Positions 11,701-22,532 of a stretch of DNA of 64,000 nucleotides are shown here, in pieces. The position numbers and the translations under genes are program-made. How positions within the stretch are numbered: position 1 is the stretch's first letter; the number at the start of each line of letters is the position of its first letter. The notes under the pieces are model-generated. The model had not been told where the DNA came from and ran no database searches. It saw only the letters and a list, made by a program, of their open reading frames with translations. Where the stretch lies: contig JAUCBJ010007778.1 in assembly GCA_032718475.1 (NCBI GenBank), positions 1-64,000 of the forward strand, given 5' to 3'. Source of the stretch: Nemertoderma westbladi. Lineage: Eukaryota; Animalia; Xenacoelomorpha.

Positions 11701-14700
11701 CTACTATAGCATAGGCTATATCTTTGCGGAGTAGTAGAGTCATCTACAGTTCCACAGTCAGCCGCTAGAGGGCGAATTGTCTGATAGTGAAAACCTCATC
11801 CCATTTGGTTCTTTTTAATCATTTTGAGCTGAAACTTGGTTGGTATCTACTACATCATAGGCTGTATCTTTACGGGGTTGCAGAATCCTATTCACTTCCC
11901 CAGTCTACCGCTAGAGGGTGAAATGTCTGAAAGTTAACATCTTCTCCAACTTTGTTATTTACTAACGGTTTAGACTGAAACTTGGTAGGCATCTACTACA
12001 GCATAGGCTGTACCTTTACGGAGTCACAGAGTTGTATACAGTCCCCCCATCTGCCGCTAGAGGGCGACATATCTGATAGTGAACACCTCATCCCATTTGG
12101 TTCTTTTTAATCCTATTGAGCTGGAACTTGGCAGGAATCTACTACAGCATATTCTGTATCTTTACGGAGTCCCAGAGTCGTCTACAGTTCTTCAGTCTAC
12201 CGCTAGAGGGTGAAATGTCTGAATGTGAACATCTACACCAATTTTGTTATTTACAATCTGTTTAAGCTGAAACTTGAAAGGCAGGCATTTTACTTCACCA
12301 TAAACCCCATCTTTACCAAATCTAATATATATAAATATCGATTGTCTGTCTGTCTGTGTGTTTGTCATCGGCTATACAATCGAACCCATCTCGATGAAAT
12401 CTCGCTTGCTATAGCTCGTTAGAAAGGTCTCGCCCTAACTCGTTGCAACGTAATACTCAGAGTCGTCTGAAGTTCACCCGTCTGCCGCTAGAGGGCGATT
12501 TTCGTGATTTTCGGGCGAAATTTATCGAATTATTTCGGTTCTTCTATCGGTAATTAATAATTTAGAGGGCTAACATTTATCCCACCTGGTATAAAATTAA
12601 CATGGGTAGATTCGCCGTGTCCCATTCTCACAAAGTTTTTATTTTATTCGAGTGTTTAATATAAATATGTATGATTATTTATTGATTAAAAATCAAATAG
12701 TGTATAAATATGTCATATTCGCCAAGCACGATCGAATTGGCCTATTGGTATTGAATAGGGAAGGATTGTTTTCTGTATCATAGCAACATTAAGGTAATTA
12801 TTGAAATCGCAGCTAGCTGGCTGGGCACAGATAAGGAGCAAGCAGGCTGGAGTGTTGATTGGGGTGGGTTTGGGTTGTCTGTTGCGAATTGCTCAAGAGT
12901 AATTCTGCTTTTTCAATCATTGGCTGCATGGAAGGAGAGGTTTATAACATTTTTGTTTTACTGTTATGAATATTAAAAGGAAAATAATTATTTCTGTAGG
13001 CCTATACTTACTGTATTATTATTTTATCTAATAGTATACATCTAATCTCGATGAAATCTCGCTTACTATAGCTCGTTAGATAGGTCTCGCCCTAAGTCGT
13101 TGCAACGTAATACTCAGAGCTGTCTGAAGTTCCCCCGTCTGCCGCTAGAGGGCGAATTGTCCGATAGTGAAAACCTGATCTTATTGGGTTGTTTTTAATG
13201 CTTTTGAGCTGAAACTTGGTAGCTATATACTGCAGCATAGGCTGTATTTTTTCCGGAGTCACTGGGTTGTCTACAGTTCCCCAGTCTACCGTTAGAGGGC
13301 TAAATGTCTGAGAGTTAACATCTTCTCCAACTTTGTTATTTACAATCCGTTTAGACTGAAACTTGGTAGGCATCTACTACAGCATAGACTGTATCTTTAC
13401 TGAGTCGCAGAGTCGTCTACAATTCCCCGGTCTACCGCTAGAGGGCGAAATGTCTGAAAGTTAACATCTTCTCCAACTTTGTTATTTATAATCCATTTAG
13501 ACTGAACTTGGTAGGCATCTACTACAGCATATGCTATATCTTTACTGAGTCGCGCAGAGTTGTCTACAGTACCCGCGTCTGCCGCTAGAGGGCGAAATGT
13601 ATGAAAGTTAACATCTTCTCCAACTTTGTTATTTACAAACCTTTTAGACTGAAACTTGGTAGGCATCTACTATAGCATAGGCTATATCTTTGCGGAGTAG
13701 TAGAGTCGTCTACAGTTCCACAGTCAGCCGCAAGAGGGCGAATTGTCTGATAGTGAAAACCTCATCCCATTTGGTTCTTTTTAATCCTTTTGAACTGAAA
13801 CTTGGCAGGTATCTACTACATCCTAGGCTCTATCTTTACGGAGTTGCAGAGTCCTATACACTTCCCCAGTCTACCGCTAGAGGGTGAAATGTCTGAAAGT
13901 TACCATCTTCTCCAACTTTGTTATTTATAATCCATTTAGACTGAACTTGGTAGGCATCTACTACAGCATAGGCTATATCTTTACTGAGTCGCGCAGAGTT
14001 GTCTACATTACCCGCGTCTGCCGCTAGAGGGCGAAATGTATGAAAGTTAACATCTCCTCCAACTTTGTTATTTACAATCCTTTTAGACTGAAACTTGGTA
14101 GACATCTACTATAGCATAGGCTATATCTTTGTGGAGTAGTAGAGTCGTCTACAGTTCCACAGTCAGCCGCTAGAGGGGGAATTGTCTGATAGTGAAAACC
14201 TCATCCCATTTGGTTCTTTTTAATCCTTTTGAGCTGAAACTTGGCAGGTATCTACTACATCATAGGCTGTATCTTTACGGAGTTGCAGAGTCCTATACAC
14301 TTCCCCAGTCTACCGCTAGAGGGTGAAATGTCTGAAAGTTAACATCTTCTCCAACTTTGTTATTTACTAACGGTTTAGACTGAAACTTGTTAGGCATCTA
14401 CTACAACATAGGCTGTACCTTTACGGATTCTCAGAGTTGTATACAGTCCCCCCCATTTGACGCTAGAGGGCGAAATATCTGATAGTGAACACCTCATCCC
14501 ATTTGGTTCTTTTTAATCCTATTGAGCTGGAACTTGGCAGGAATCTACTACAGCATATTCTGTATCTTTATGGAGTCCTAGAGTCGTCTACAGTTCTTCA
14601 GTCTACCGCTAGAGGGTGAAATGTTTGAATATGAACATCTACACCAATTTTGTTATTTACAATCTGTTTAAGCTGAAACTTGAAAGGCAGGCATTTTACT

Positions 14701-17700
14701 TCACCATAAACCCCATCTTTACCAAACTGCAGCGCCGTCTGCATTTCACCACTCCGCAGGTAGAGGGTGGATCTGAAAGTGATCATTTTCTGGAAATTTT
14801 GTTATTTACAATCTGCCTAAAGTTGAAACTTGACAGTTATCTCTTATGGGGGTGGTGTTTTATTTAATGATGGTGTCTGTTCCGTATGCAGTTCTCAAAT
14901 CTCCCACACATATTCATATATCATCTGCACGTGCACTAGAAAGCTGTGGCCCGAAGGGCCACAGGCTTTCTAGTCTAATATATATAAATATCGATTGTCT
15001 GTCAGTCAGTCTGTCTGTCTGTGTGTTTGTCATCGGCTATACAATCGAACCCATCTCGATGAAATCTCGCTTGCTATAGCTCGTTAGAAAGGTCTCGCTC
15101 TAACTCGTTGCAACGTAATACTCAGAGTCGTCTGAAGTTCGCCCGTCTGCCGCTAGAGGGCGATTTTCGTGATTTTCGGGCGAAATTTATCGAATTATTT
15201 CGGTTCTTCTATCGGTAATTAATTATTTAGAGGGCTAACATTTATCCCACCTGGTATAAAATTAACATGGGTAGATTCGCCGTGTCCCATTCTCACAAAG
15301 TTTTTATTTTATTTGAGTGTTTAATATAAATATGTATGATTATTTATTGATTAAAAATCAAATAGTGTATAAATATGTCATATTCGCCAAGCACGATCGA
15401 ATTGGCCTATTGTTATTGAATATGGAAGGATTTTTTTCTGTATCATAGCAACGTTAAGCTTAAGGTAATTATTGAACTCGCAGCTAGCTGGCTGGGCACA
15501 GATAAGGAGCAAGCAGGCTGGAGTGTTGATTGGGGTGGGTTTGGGTTGTCTATTGCTGCATGGAAGGAGAGGTTTATAACATTTTTGTTTTACTGTTATG
15601 AATATTAAAAGTAAAATAATTATTTCTGTAGGCCTGTACTTACTGTATTATTATTTTATCTAATATTATACATCTAATCTCGATGAAATCTCGCTTACTA
15701 TAGCTCGTTAGATAGGTCTCGCCCTAACTCGTTGCAAGGTAATTCTCAGAGCCGTCTGAAGTTCCCCCGTCTGCCGCTAGAGGGCGAATTGTCCGATAGT
15801 GAAATCCTGATCTCATTGGGTTGTTTTTAATGCGTTTGAGCTGAAACTTGGTAGCTATATACTGCAGCAGCAGCATAGGCTGTATATTTCTGGAGTCACT
15901 GAGTTGTCCACAGTTCCCCAGTCTACCGTTAGAGGGCTAAATGTCTGAGAGTTAACATCTTCTCCAACTTTGTTATTGACAATCCGTTTAGACTGAAACT
16001 TGGTAGGCATCTACTACAGCATAGGCTATATCTTTACTGAGTCGCGCAGAGTTGTCTATATTACCCGCGTCTGCCGCTAGAGGGCGAAATGTATGAAAGT
16101 TAACATCTCCTCCAACTTTGTTATTTACAATCCTTTTAGACTGAAACTTGGTAGGCTTCTACTATAGCATAGGCTATATCTTTGCGGAGTAGTAGAGTCG
16201 TCTACAGTTCCACAGTCAGCCGCTAGAGGGCGAATTGTCTGATAGTGAAAACCTCATCCCATTTGGTTCCTTTTAATCATTTTGAGCTGAAACTTGGTTG
16301 GTATCTACTACATCATAGGCTGTATCTTTACGGAGTTGCAGAATCCTATTCACTTCCCCAGTCTACCGCTAGAGGGTGAAATGTCTGTAAGTTAACATCT
16401 TCTCCAACTTTGTTATTTACTAACGGTTTAGACTGAAACTTGGTAGGCATCTACTACAGCGTAGGCTGTACCTTTATGGAGTCGCAGAGTTGTATACAGT
16501 CCCCCCATCTGCCGCTAGAGGGCGAAATATCTGATAGTGAACACCTCATCCCATTTGGTTCTTTTTAATCCTATTGAGCTGGAACTTGGCAGGAATCTAC
16601 TACAGCATATGCTGTATCTTTACGGAGTCCCAGAGTCGTCTACAGTTCTTCAGTCTACCGCTAGAGGGTGAAATGTCTGAATGTGAACATCTACACCAAT
16701 TTTGTTATTTACAATCTGTTTAAGCTGAAACTTGAAAGGCAGGCATTTTACTTCACCATAAACCCCATCTTTACCAAACTGCAGCGCCGTCTGCATTTCA
16801 CCAGTCCGCAGGTAGAGGGTGGATCTGAAAGTGATCATTTTCTGGAAATTTTGTTATTTACAATCTGCCTAAAGTTGAAACTTGACAGTTATCTCTTATG
16901 GGGGTGGTGTTTTATTTAATGATGGTGTCTGTTCCGTATGCAGTTCTCAAATCTTCCACACATATTCATATATCATCTGCACGTGCACTAGAAAGCTGTG
17001 GCCCGAAGGGCCACAGGCTTTCTAGTCTATATATATAAATATCGATTGTCTGTCTGTCTGTCTGTCTGTGAGTTTGTCATCGGCTATACAATCGAACCCA
17101 TCTCGATGAAATCTCGCTTGCTATAGCTCGTTAGAAAGATCTCGCTCTAACTCGTTGCAACGTAATACTCAGAGTCGTCTGAAGTTCACCCGTCTGCCGC
17201 TAGAGGGCGATTTTCGTGATTTTCGGGCGAAATTTATCGAATTATTTCGGTTCTTCTATCGGTAATTAATGATTTAGAGGGCTAACATTTATCCCACCTG
17301 GTATAAAATTAACATGGGTAGATTCGCCGTGTCCCATTCTCACAAAGTTTTTATTTTATTCGAGTGTTTAATATAAATATGTATGATTATTTATTGATTA
17401 AAAATCAAATAGTGTATAAATATGTCATATTCGCCAAGCACGATCGAATTGGCCTATTCTTAGTGCTGTAGTGAATAGGGAAGGATTTTTTTCTGTATCA
17501 TAGCAACGTTAAGGTAATTATTGAAATCGCAGCTAGCTGGGCACAGATAAGGAGCAAGCCAGGTTGTAGTGTTGATTGGGGTGGGTTTGGGTTGTCTGTT
17601 GCGAACTGCTCAAGTGTAATTCTGCTTTCTCAATCATTGGCTGCATGGAAGGAGAGGTTTATAACATTTTTGTTTTACTGTTATGAATATTAAAAGTAAA

Positions 17701-18672
17701 ATAATTATTTCTGTAGGCCTGTACTTACTGTATTATTATTTTATCTAATATTATACATCTAATCTCGATGAAATCTCGCTTACTATAGCTCGTTAGATAG
17801 GTCTCGCCCTAACTCGTTGCAACGTAAAACGTAATACTCAGAGCCGTCTGAAGTTCCCCCGTCTGCCGCTAGAGGGCGAATTGTCCGGTAGTGAAAACCT
17901 GATCTCATTGGGTTGTTTTTAATGCTTTTGAGCTGAAACTTGGTAGCTATATACTGCAGCATAGGCTGTATATTTCCGGAGTCACTGAGTTGTCCACAGT
18001 TCCCCAGTCTACCGTTGGAGGGCTAAATGTCTGAGAGTTAACATCTTCTCCAACTTTGTTATTTACAATCCTTTTAGACTGAAACTTGGTAGGCATCTAA
18101 CTATAGCATAGGCTGTACCTTTACGGAGTCGCAGAGTTGTATACAGTTCCCACATCTGCCGCTAGAGGGCGAATTGTCTGATAGTGAACACCTCATCCCA
18201 TTTGGTTCTTTTTAATCATTTTGAGCTGAAACTTGGCAGGAATCTACTACAGCATATTCTGTATCTTTACGGAGTCCCAGAGTCGTCTACAGTTCTTCAG
18301 TCTACCGCTAGAGGGTGAAATGTCTGAATGTGAACATTTACACCAATTTTGTTATTTACAATCTGTTTAAGCTGAAACTTGAAAGGTAGGCGTTTTACTT
18401 CACCATAAACCCCATCTTTACCAAACTGCAGCGCCGTCTGCATTTCACCAGTCCGCAGGTAGAGGGTGGATCTGAAAGTGATCATTTTCTGGAAATTTTG
18501 TTATTTACAATCTGCCTAAAGTTGAAACTTGACAGTTATCTCTTATGGGGGTGGTGTTTTATTTAATGATGGTGTCTGTTCCGTATGCAGTTCTCAAATC
18601 TCCCACACATATTCATATATCATCTGCACGTGCACTAGAAAGCTGTGGCCCGAAGGGCCACAGGCTTTCTAG
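2674..18672 (+). mobile_element. Tandem array of 7 non-autonomous Helitron units in ATG3 intron 1: U1 2674-5346, U2 5347-7353 (5'-truncated), U3 7354-9916 and U4 9917-12320 (3'-truncated), U5 12321-14973, U6 14974-17025, U7 17026-18672
   Basis: Units start TCTA(A)TATATATAAAT + (CTGT)n and end with a GC hairpin + CTAG; array flanked by A(2673)|T(18673) with no TSD; direct CTAG|TC junctions at 7353/7354, 14973/14974 and 17025/17026; no RepHel ORF. Confidence 0.88.
3500..18480 (+). repeat. 146-bp internal satellite of the Helitron units (about 12,12,12,11,12,8,5 monomers per unit, counted by eye), monomers carrying CCGCTAGAGGGCG or a variant
   Basis: AGAGGG core at 8341, 8487, 8633, 8779, 8925, 9071, 9217 gives an exact 146-bp period; two main monomer subtypes (GTTAACATCTTCTCCAAC and ATAGTGAAAACC). 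Confidence 0.92.
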
Positions 18673-18689
18673 TAAAAATATAAATATAT

Positions 18690-18870
18690 AAAAATTCATC
18701 CCTGTACCGGTAGGCCTACTCTCAAAAATAAATTGTAACCCGTTCTAATGAGTTTAGTTTAAAGGTTAAAATAGCGTGCCACTGTAACCTTGAACCTAAA
18801 ATAATAATTTAACATTGAGGCAGGATATTAATTCGCCAAGGCGGGATTTGCGTCCAGTTCCCAGGTTCCC
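18690..18870 (+). repeat. Dispersed unclassified repeat; related copies at ~28490-28730 and ~40955-41070
   Basis: Shared AAATTCATCC...AAAAATAAA..(G/T)TAACC.GTT block in all three copies, and AATTCGCC.AG..GGGATTTGCGT in the first two. Confidence 0.45.
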
Positions 18871-19706
18871 CCACAAACCCCCCCCTACTATATTTATTAT
18901 TTATTTTGAAATAAAGATTAAGATGTACGGTAAATAACGGCCGATGTGTATAACCAATAAAGATAATCAATAATACAATCATATCTATTCTATTTCATTT
19001 CTGTATTAACTCAGTTAACTTTAGTACATTCCTACATTCTTTCATTATTACAGTCAGTCACTGCAATTGCAAACAATCACTCATTAGGTAAGTTGGTTAG
19101 AGTACATAGAGCCACCGGCAGACCGCTAATATTTAAATGTAGACCAATAAGTTACAATGAGTGCTTGTTGATTCAGTGCCTACAAATGTGGCCTAGAATA
19201 GCTACCACTCACATAACAACCAATCAAACGTAGCTGCCCCATAACCATTGAAAGCATTCATAGACAGGCAATATTGGATGTTCACAAAATGAGTGCTTGC
19301 GTTTTTACTCTCATGTCCCTGTCTCCATTTGGTAGTTAATGTTTTGTAGTTTTTCTACTGTGTGGGGCCTACCTACGTCTTACTGTCTTACATGAAGGCT
19401 GGGCTGGTAAGCCCTAATGAAGAAAGCTGATTTTAACACACAAATGTAGGTTTTGAGTGCGTGACAGTAACACTGCTAGTCCTACTCGTTATATTTTATA
19501 TTATTTTTATATTATATTATATTAACAAAAATTCCTAACAAAAACATATACCGTTGCCGCTGACTGATCTGTCAACCTCTATCACAATCACTATGCGTTC
19601 ATTTTTTATTGTTGTAAATATATACCATTAAAATTGGTCAGTGCATAATGACGACAGAAAAAAGTAGGCCTACTGGTAGACGATTATATTATCATTACTA
19701 TTTTAG

Positions 19707-19851
19707 GTTTCGGAAATGACGTTAGATGGTAGTAAATCACATCCGGAAGCTGTTGTTGTAACTCCTCATGTTGATGAAGAAGATGATGACGAAGAAGAGG
19801 CTGCCGATATGGAGGACTATGAGGAGTCTGGTTTATTAGAGGAAGACTCAG
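19707..19851 (+). CDS. ATG3: ATG3 coding exon 2 (acidic flexible region)
   Basis: Acceptor TTTTAG|GTT; VSEMTLDG...DEEDDDEEEAADMEDYEESGLLEED matches the ATG3 flexible region; donor G|GTAAT, phase 1. Confidence 0.93.
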
Positions 19852-20501
19852 GTAATAATATTTCAGAGAAAGTCGATTCCATCAGACATCCGAATAACGT
19901 GTTTGTTATATAGACACTTATTTTGGAATATGTGATAAATACCCGAAAAGTTAACCTCGCAGCGTCGCACGTGGCGAACCCAACCGTAATTTATAATTAT
20001 TTATTATTTGGGACTTTTATCAATATTCTCGAGATATTATATTTACCGAGCGTCAGAATGGTTGATAACGAGTCGAGAGAATATTGACAAAAAAATTTAA
20101 TGTCATGTAATCTCAATCTATAGGCCTATTGCTTCCATAGTTACTGCGATTCAAATTACTGTACTCCTCAACTCCCGATGCTGCCTAACTCAATGGTTAA
20201 ATAATTTAGTGTTCTGGAATATATTTAATACGTAAGTAGAGAGCCGCTAAACTATATAAACCAATTGGATTTTTACGCCGCTCAGACATTAAATAACTAA
20301 CTTTTGAGTGTGCGAATGTTTTTTGCTCAAATTACTTGCAAACCTTTTCTACCTCGATGCTCTTTCAACACATGCTATAAATAAAAATATTTTGGTGTAT
20401 ATTCGAGCCAATGACAATAACTACTTCCGAAATTCGACAACATTTTTTAATCATGACCTAGGGTTAGGATTAAATAAATATTATTAAAAAATTAATTACA
20501 G

Positions 20502-20932
20502 GAACGGCAGAATTGGCGACTAAAGATGAACCCAGTAATGAGGCAGCCGGTGATGAGGGGGGCGAGATAGTACAGACCCGAACCTACGATCTCATGATCA
20601 CCTACGATAAATACTACCAGACGCCCCGACTGTGGCTGGCCGGCTACAACGAGTCACGGAAACCCCTCACGCAGAAGCAGTTGTACGAGGACATATCGCA
20701 GGACCACGTTAAACGTACCGTCACCATAGAACCACACCCCCATCTCCCGCCGCCCCCCATGGCCTCCGTACATCCGTGTCGCCACGCCGATGTCATGAAG
20801 AAGATTATTGAAACTGTTGCGGAGGGTGGTAAGGATCTCGCAGTCGTTGTCTATCTCGTTATATTCCTCAAGTTCGTTCAGGCAGTGATCCCAACCATCG
20901 AATACGATTATACTAGACACTTTACGTTATAG
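20502..20932 (+). CDS. ATG3: ATG3 coding exon 3 (catalytic domain, HPC active-site Cys)
   Basis: Acceptor TTACAG|GA; [21 protein letters not shown]...SVHPCRHA...[20 protein letters not shown]; exons sum to 948 nt = 315 aa plus stop. Confidence 0.96.
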
Positions 20933-22159
20933 ATATCGTTGAAAAAAATAAATTTTTTAGGAGTAAATTAACTTATATTATATGGCGTTTCTTATAATTA
21001 CTGTAACTTGTGGTGCAGATTCATATTTCTTCTTCCTTCCAATATATACTGATTCCCGAAGATTACTCTCTATAGGTATCCAGGTTTTAATTACCTTTGT
21101 TACTTATTATAAATTTATTGATAAAGTAACTTGCGTAATTCTTATATATTTTAGAAAATATAAATCTTCAAATTTTAATATCAGATCATGATTTCATTTA
21201 CAACGCTCAGATGGTTACCAGCTTCAAGGGGCGATTCACCCCACCTCCCACAGTCTTTTTTAATTAGATACCCAATAAAACATTTTATGGTGATTCCGAA
21301 TCTGAAATCAGTTTTTTATAAGTTGTTTCGTTATTGAGTCATGGCAACATTTGAAATTTTCACCCAGAATTTGTAATTTTGGTGCAGCTCTAAAATTGCC
21401 ACCAAGGAATACTATCCAACACCAATAATTTTCTATTTTCGGAATAGTCACCACAAATTAGCCCATAGGTTTCAAAACCATAAATGGGTATTTTTGAAAG
21501 ATTTCAAAAGCGTTCACTTAATTGGTTCATGTTTGCTCAGTTGTAAATAGAAGAAAATTTTAATGGCAATTTCTCGCGGTGGTTTTTTTCGGACACTTTA
21601 TTTACTTTTTCACTACTCAACCGATTTTCTTTGATGACTTAATATTTTACAATTTGATTTTAAAAAATTTATGGCGGTTTTTGTTTTAAAAGTACTCAAA
21701 CGTCGAAAATTTTGCGAGTTTTTGGTATAATAGTAGACAGCAGCATCTGTACTGCTACAGTTATACAATTTTATAACAAAACCGCATTGTGCAGCTGACC
21801 TCAACTTATTTACTTTCAATGTCATGATGATATACGATGGCTCATCGAGAAAATTATGTTCCATTTTATACGAAATATTGAGTTTATGAGTTTTAAAAGG
21901 CCAGTAACTGTTTGTAAACTAAGAGGTATGATACTTATTGCTTTGGTTGGACTTTTAAGGGAGCTTAGGATTAATGTTTCATTCTCAGGCGAACCCCAGT
22001 ACCGCAGTACCCCAGTAGCACGCGTCCTAATCACTGAAACATGGTGACTGGTAACTGAAACAGAAGGTCGTGCTACGGGCCTTCGGGGGCTTCGAACAAT
22101 TAAAATAGGCAAGCTATTTACTCTTCTGCTATATCTCATCTAGCACCTATAAATGAACA

Positions 22160-22279
22160 TGCTGACGTCAGATTTTGGCTGACCCCCTCCCCTCCCCTCA
22201 TCAGCACGTCATCAGATTTTCCCAACCCCCCCCCCCCCCCCCCCCCCTAAAGTGCTGACGTCATACTTGGGCGGCCCCA
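22160..22279. mobile_element. MITE terminal fragment with poly-C tract
   Basis: GCTGACGTCA twice flanking C-tracts and ending GGGCGGCCCC, a layout common in animal MITEs; other end not found. Confidence 0.35.
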
Positions 22280-22532
22280 AAGGTTCAGTTGATGGGTTTG
22301 GAAGTTCAGTAAAAAGGGATGATTCTAAATTAGTAAAACACTAGGAAAACATAGGAAAAAAAATCTGTAAAACACCCGGAAAACAGTGAAAATATTGATC
22401 AGCAGGAAATTTAACACATGTACCACTCTGAATTGGCAATCCTAAATGTACTCCTCGCACAGTAACCCTTAAGTAATCACCGTAAAACATAGGGAAAACA
22501 CTATAAACCCTCCGGAAAATTTACTGAAATAC

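Noticed and set aside
3500-18480. CRISPR-like array or repeat-protein gene in the periodic region
   Set aside because: No unique spacers and no cas genes; the period 146 is not a multiple of 3 and the recurring 60-93 aa ORFs are chance translations of the satellite
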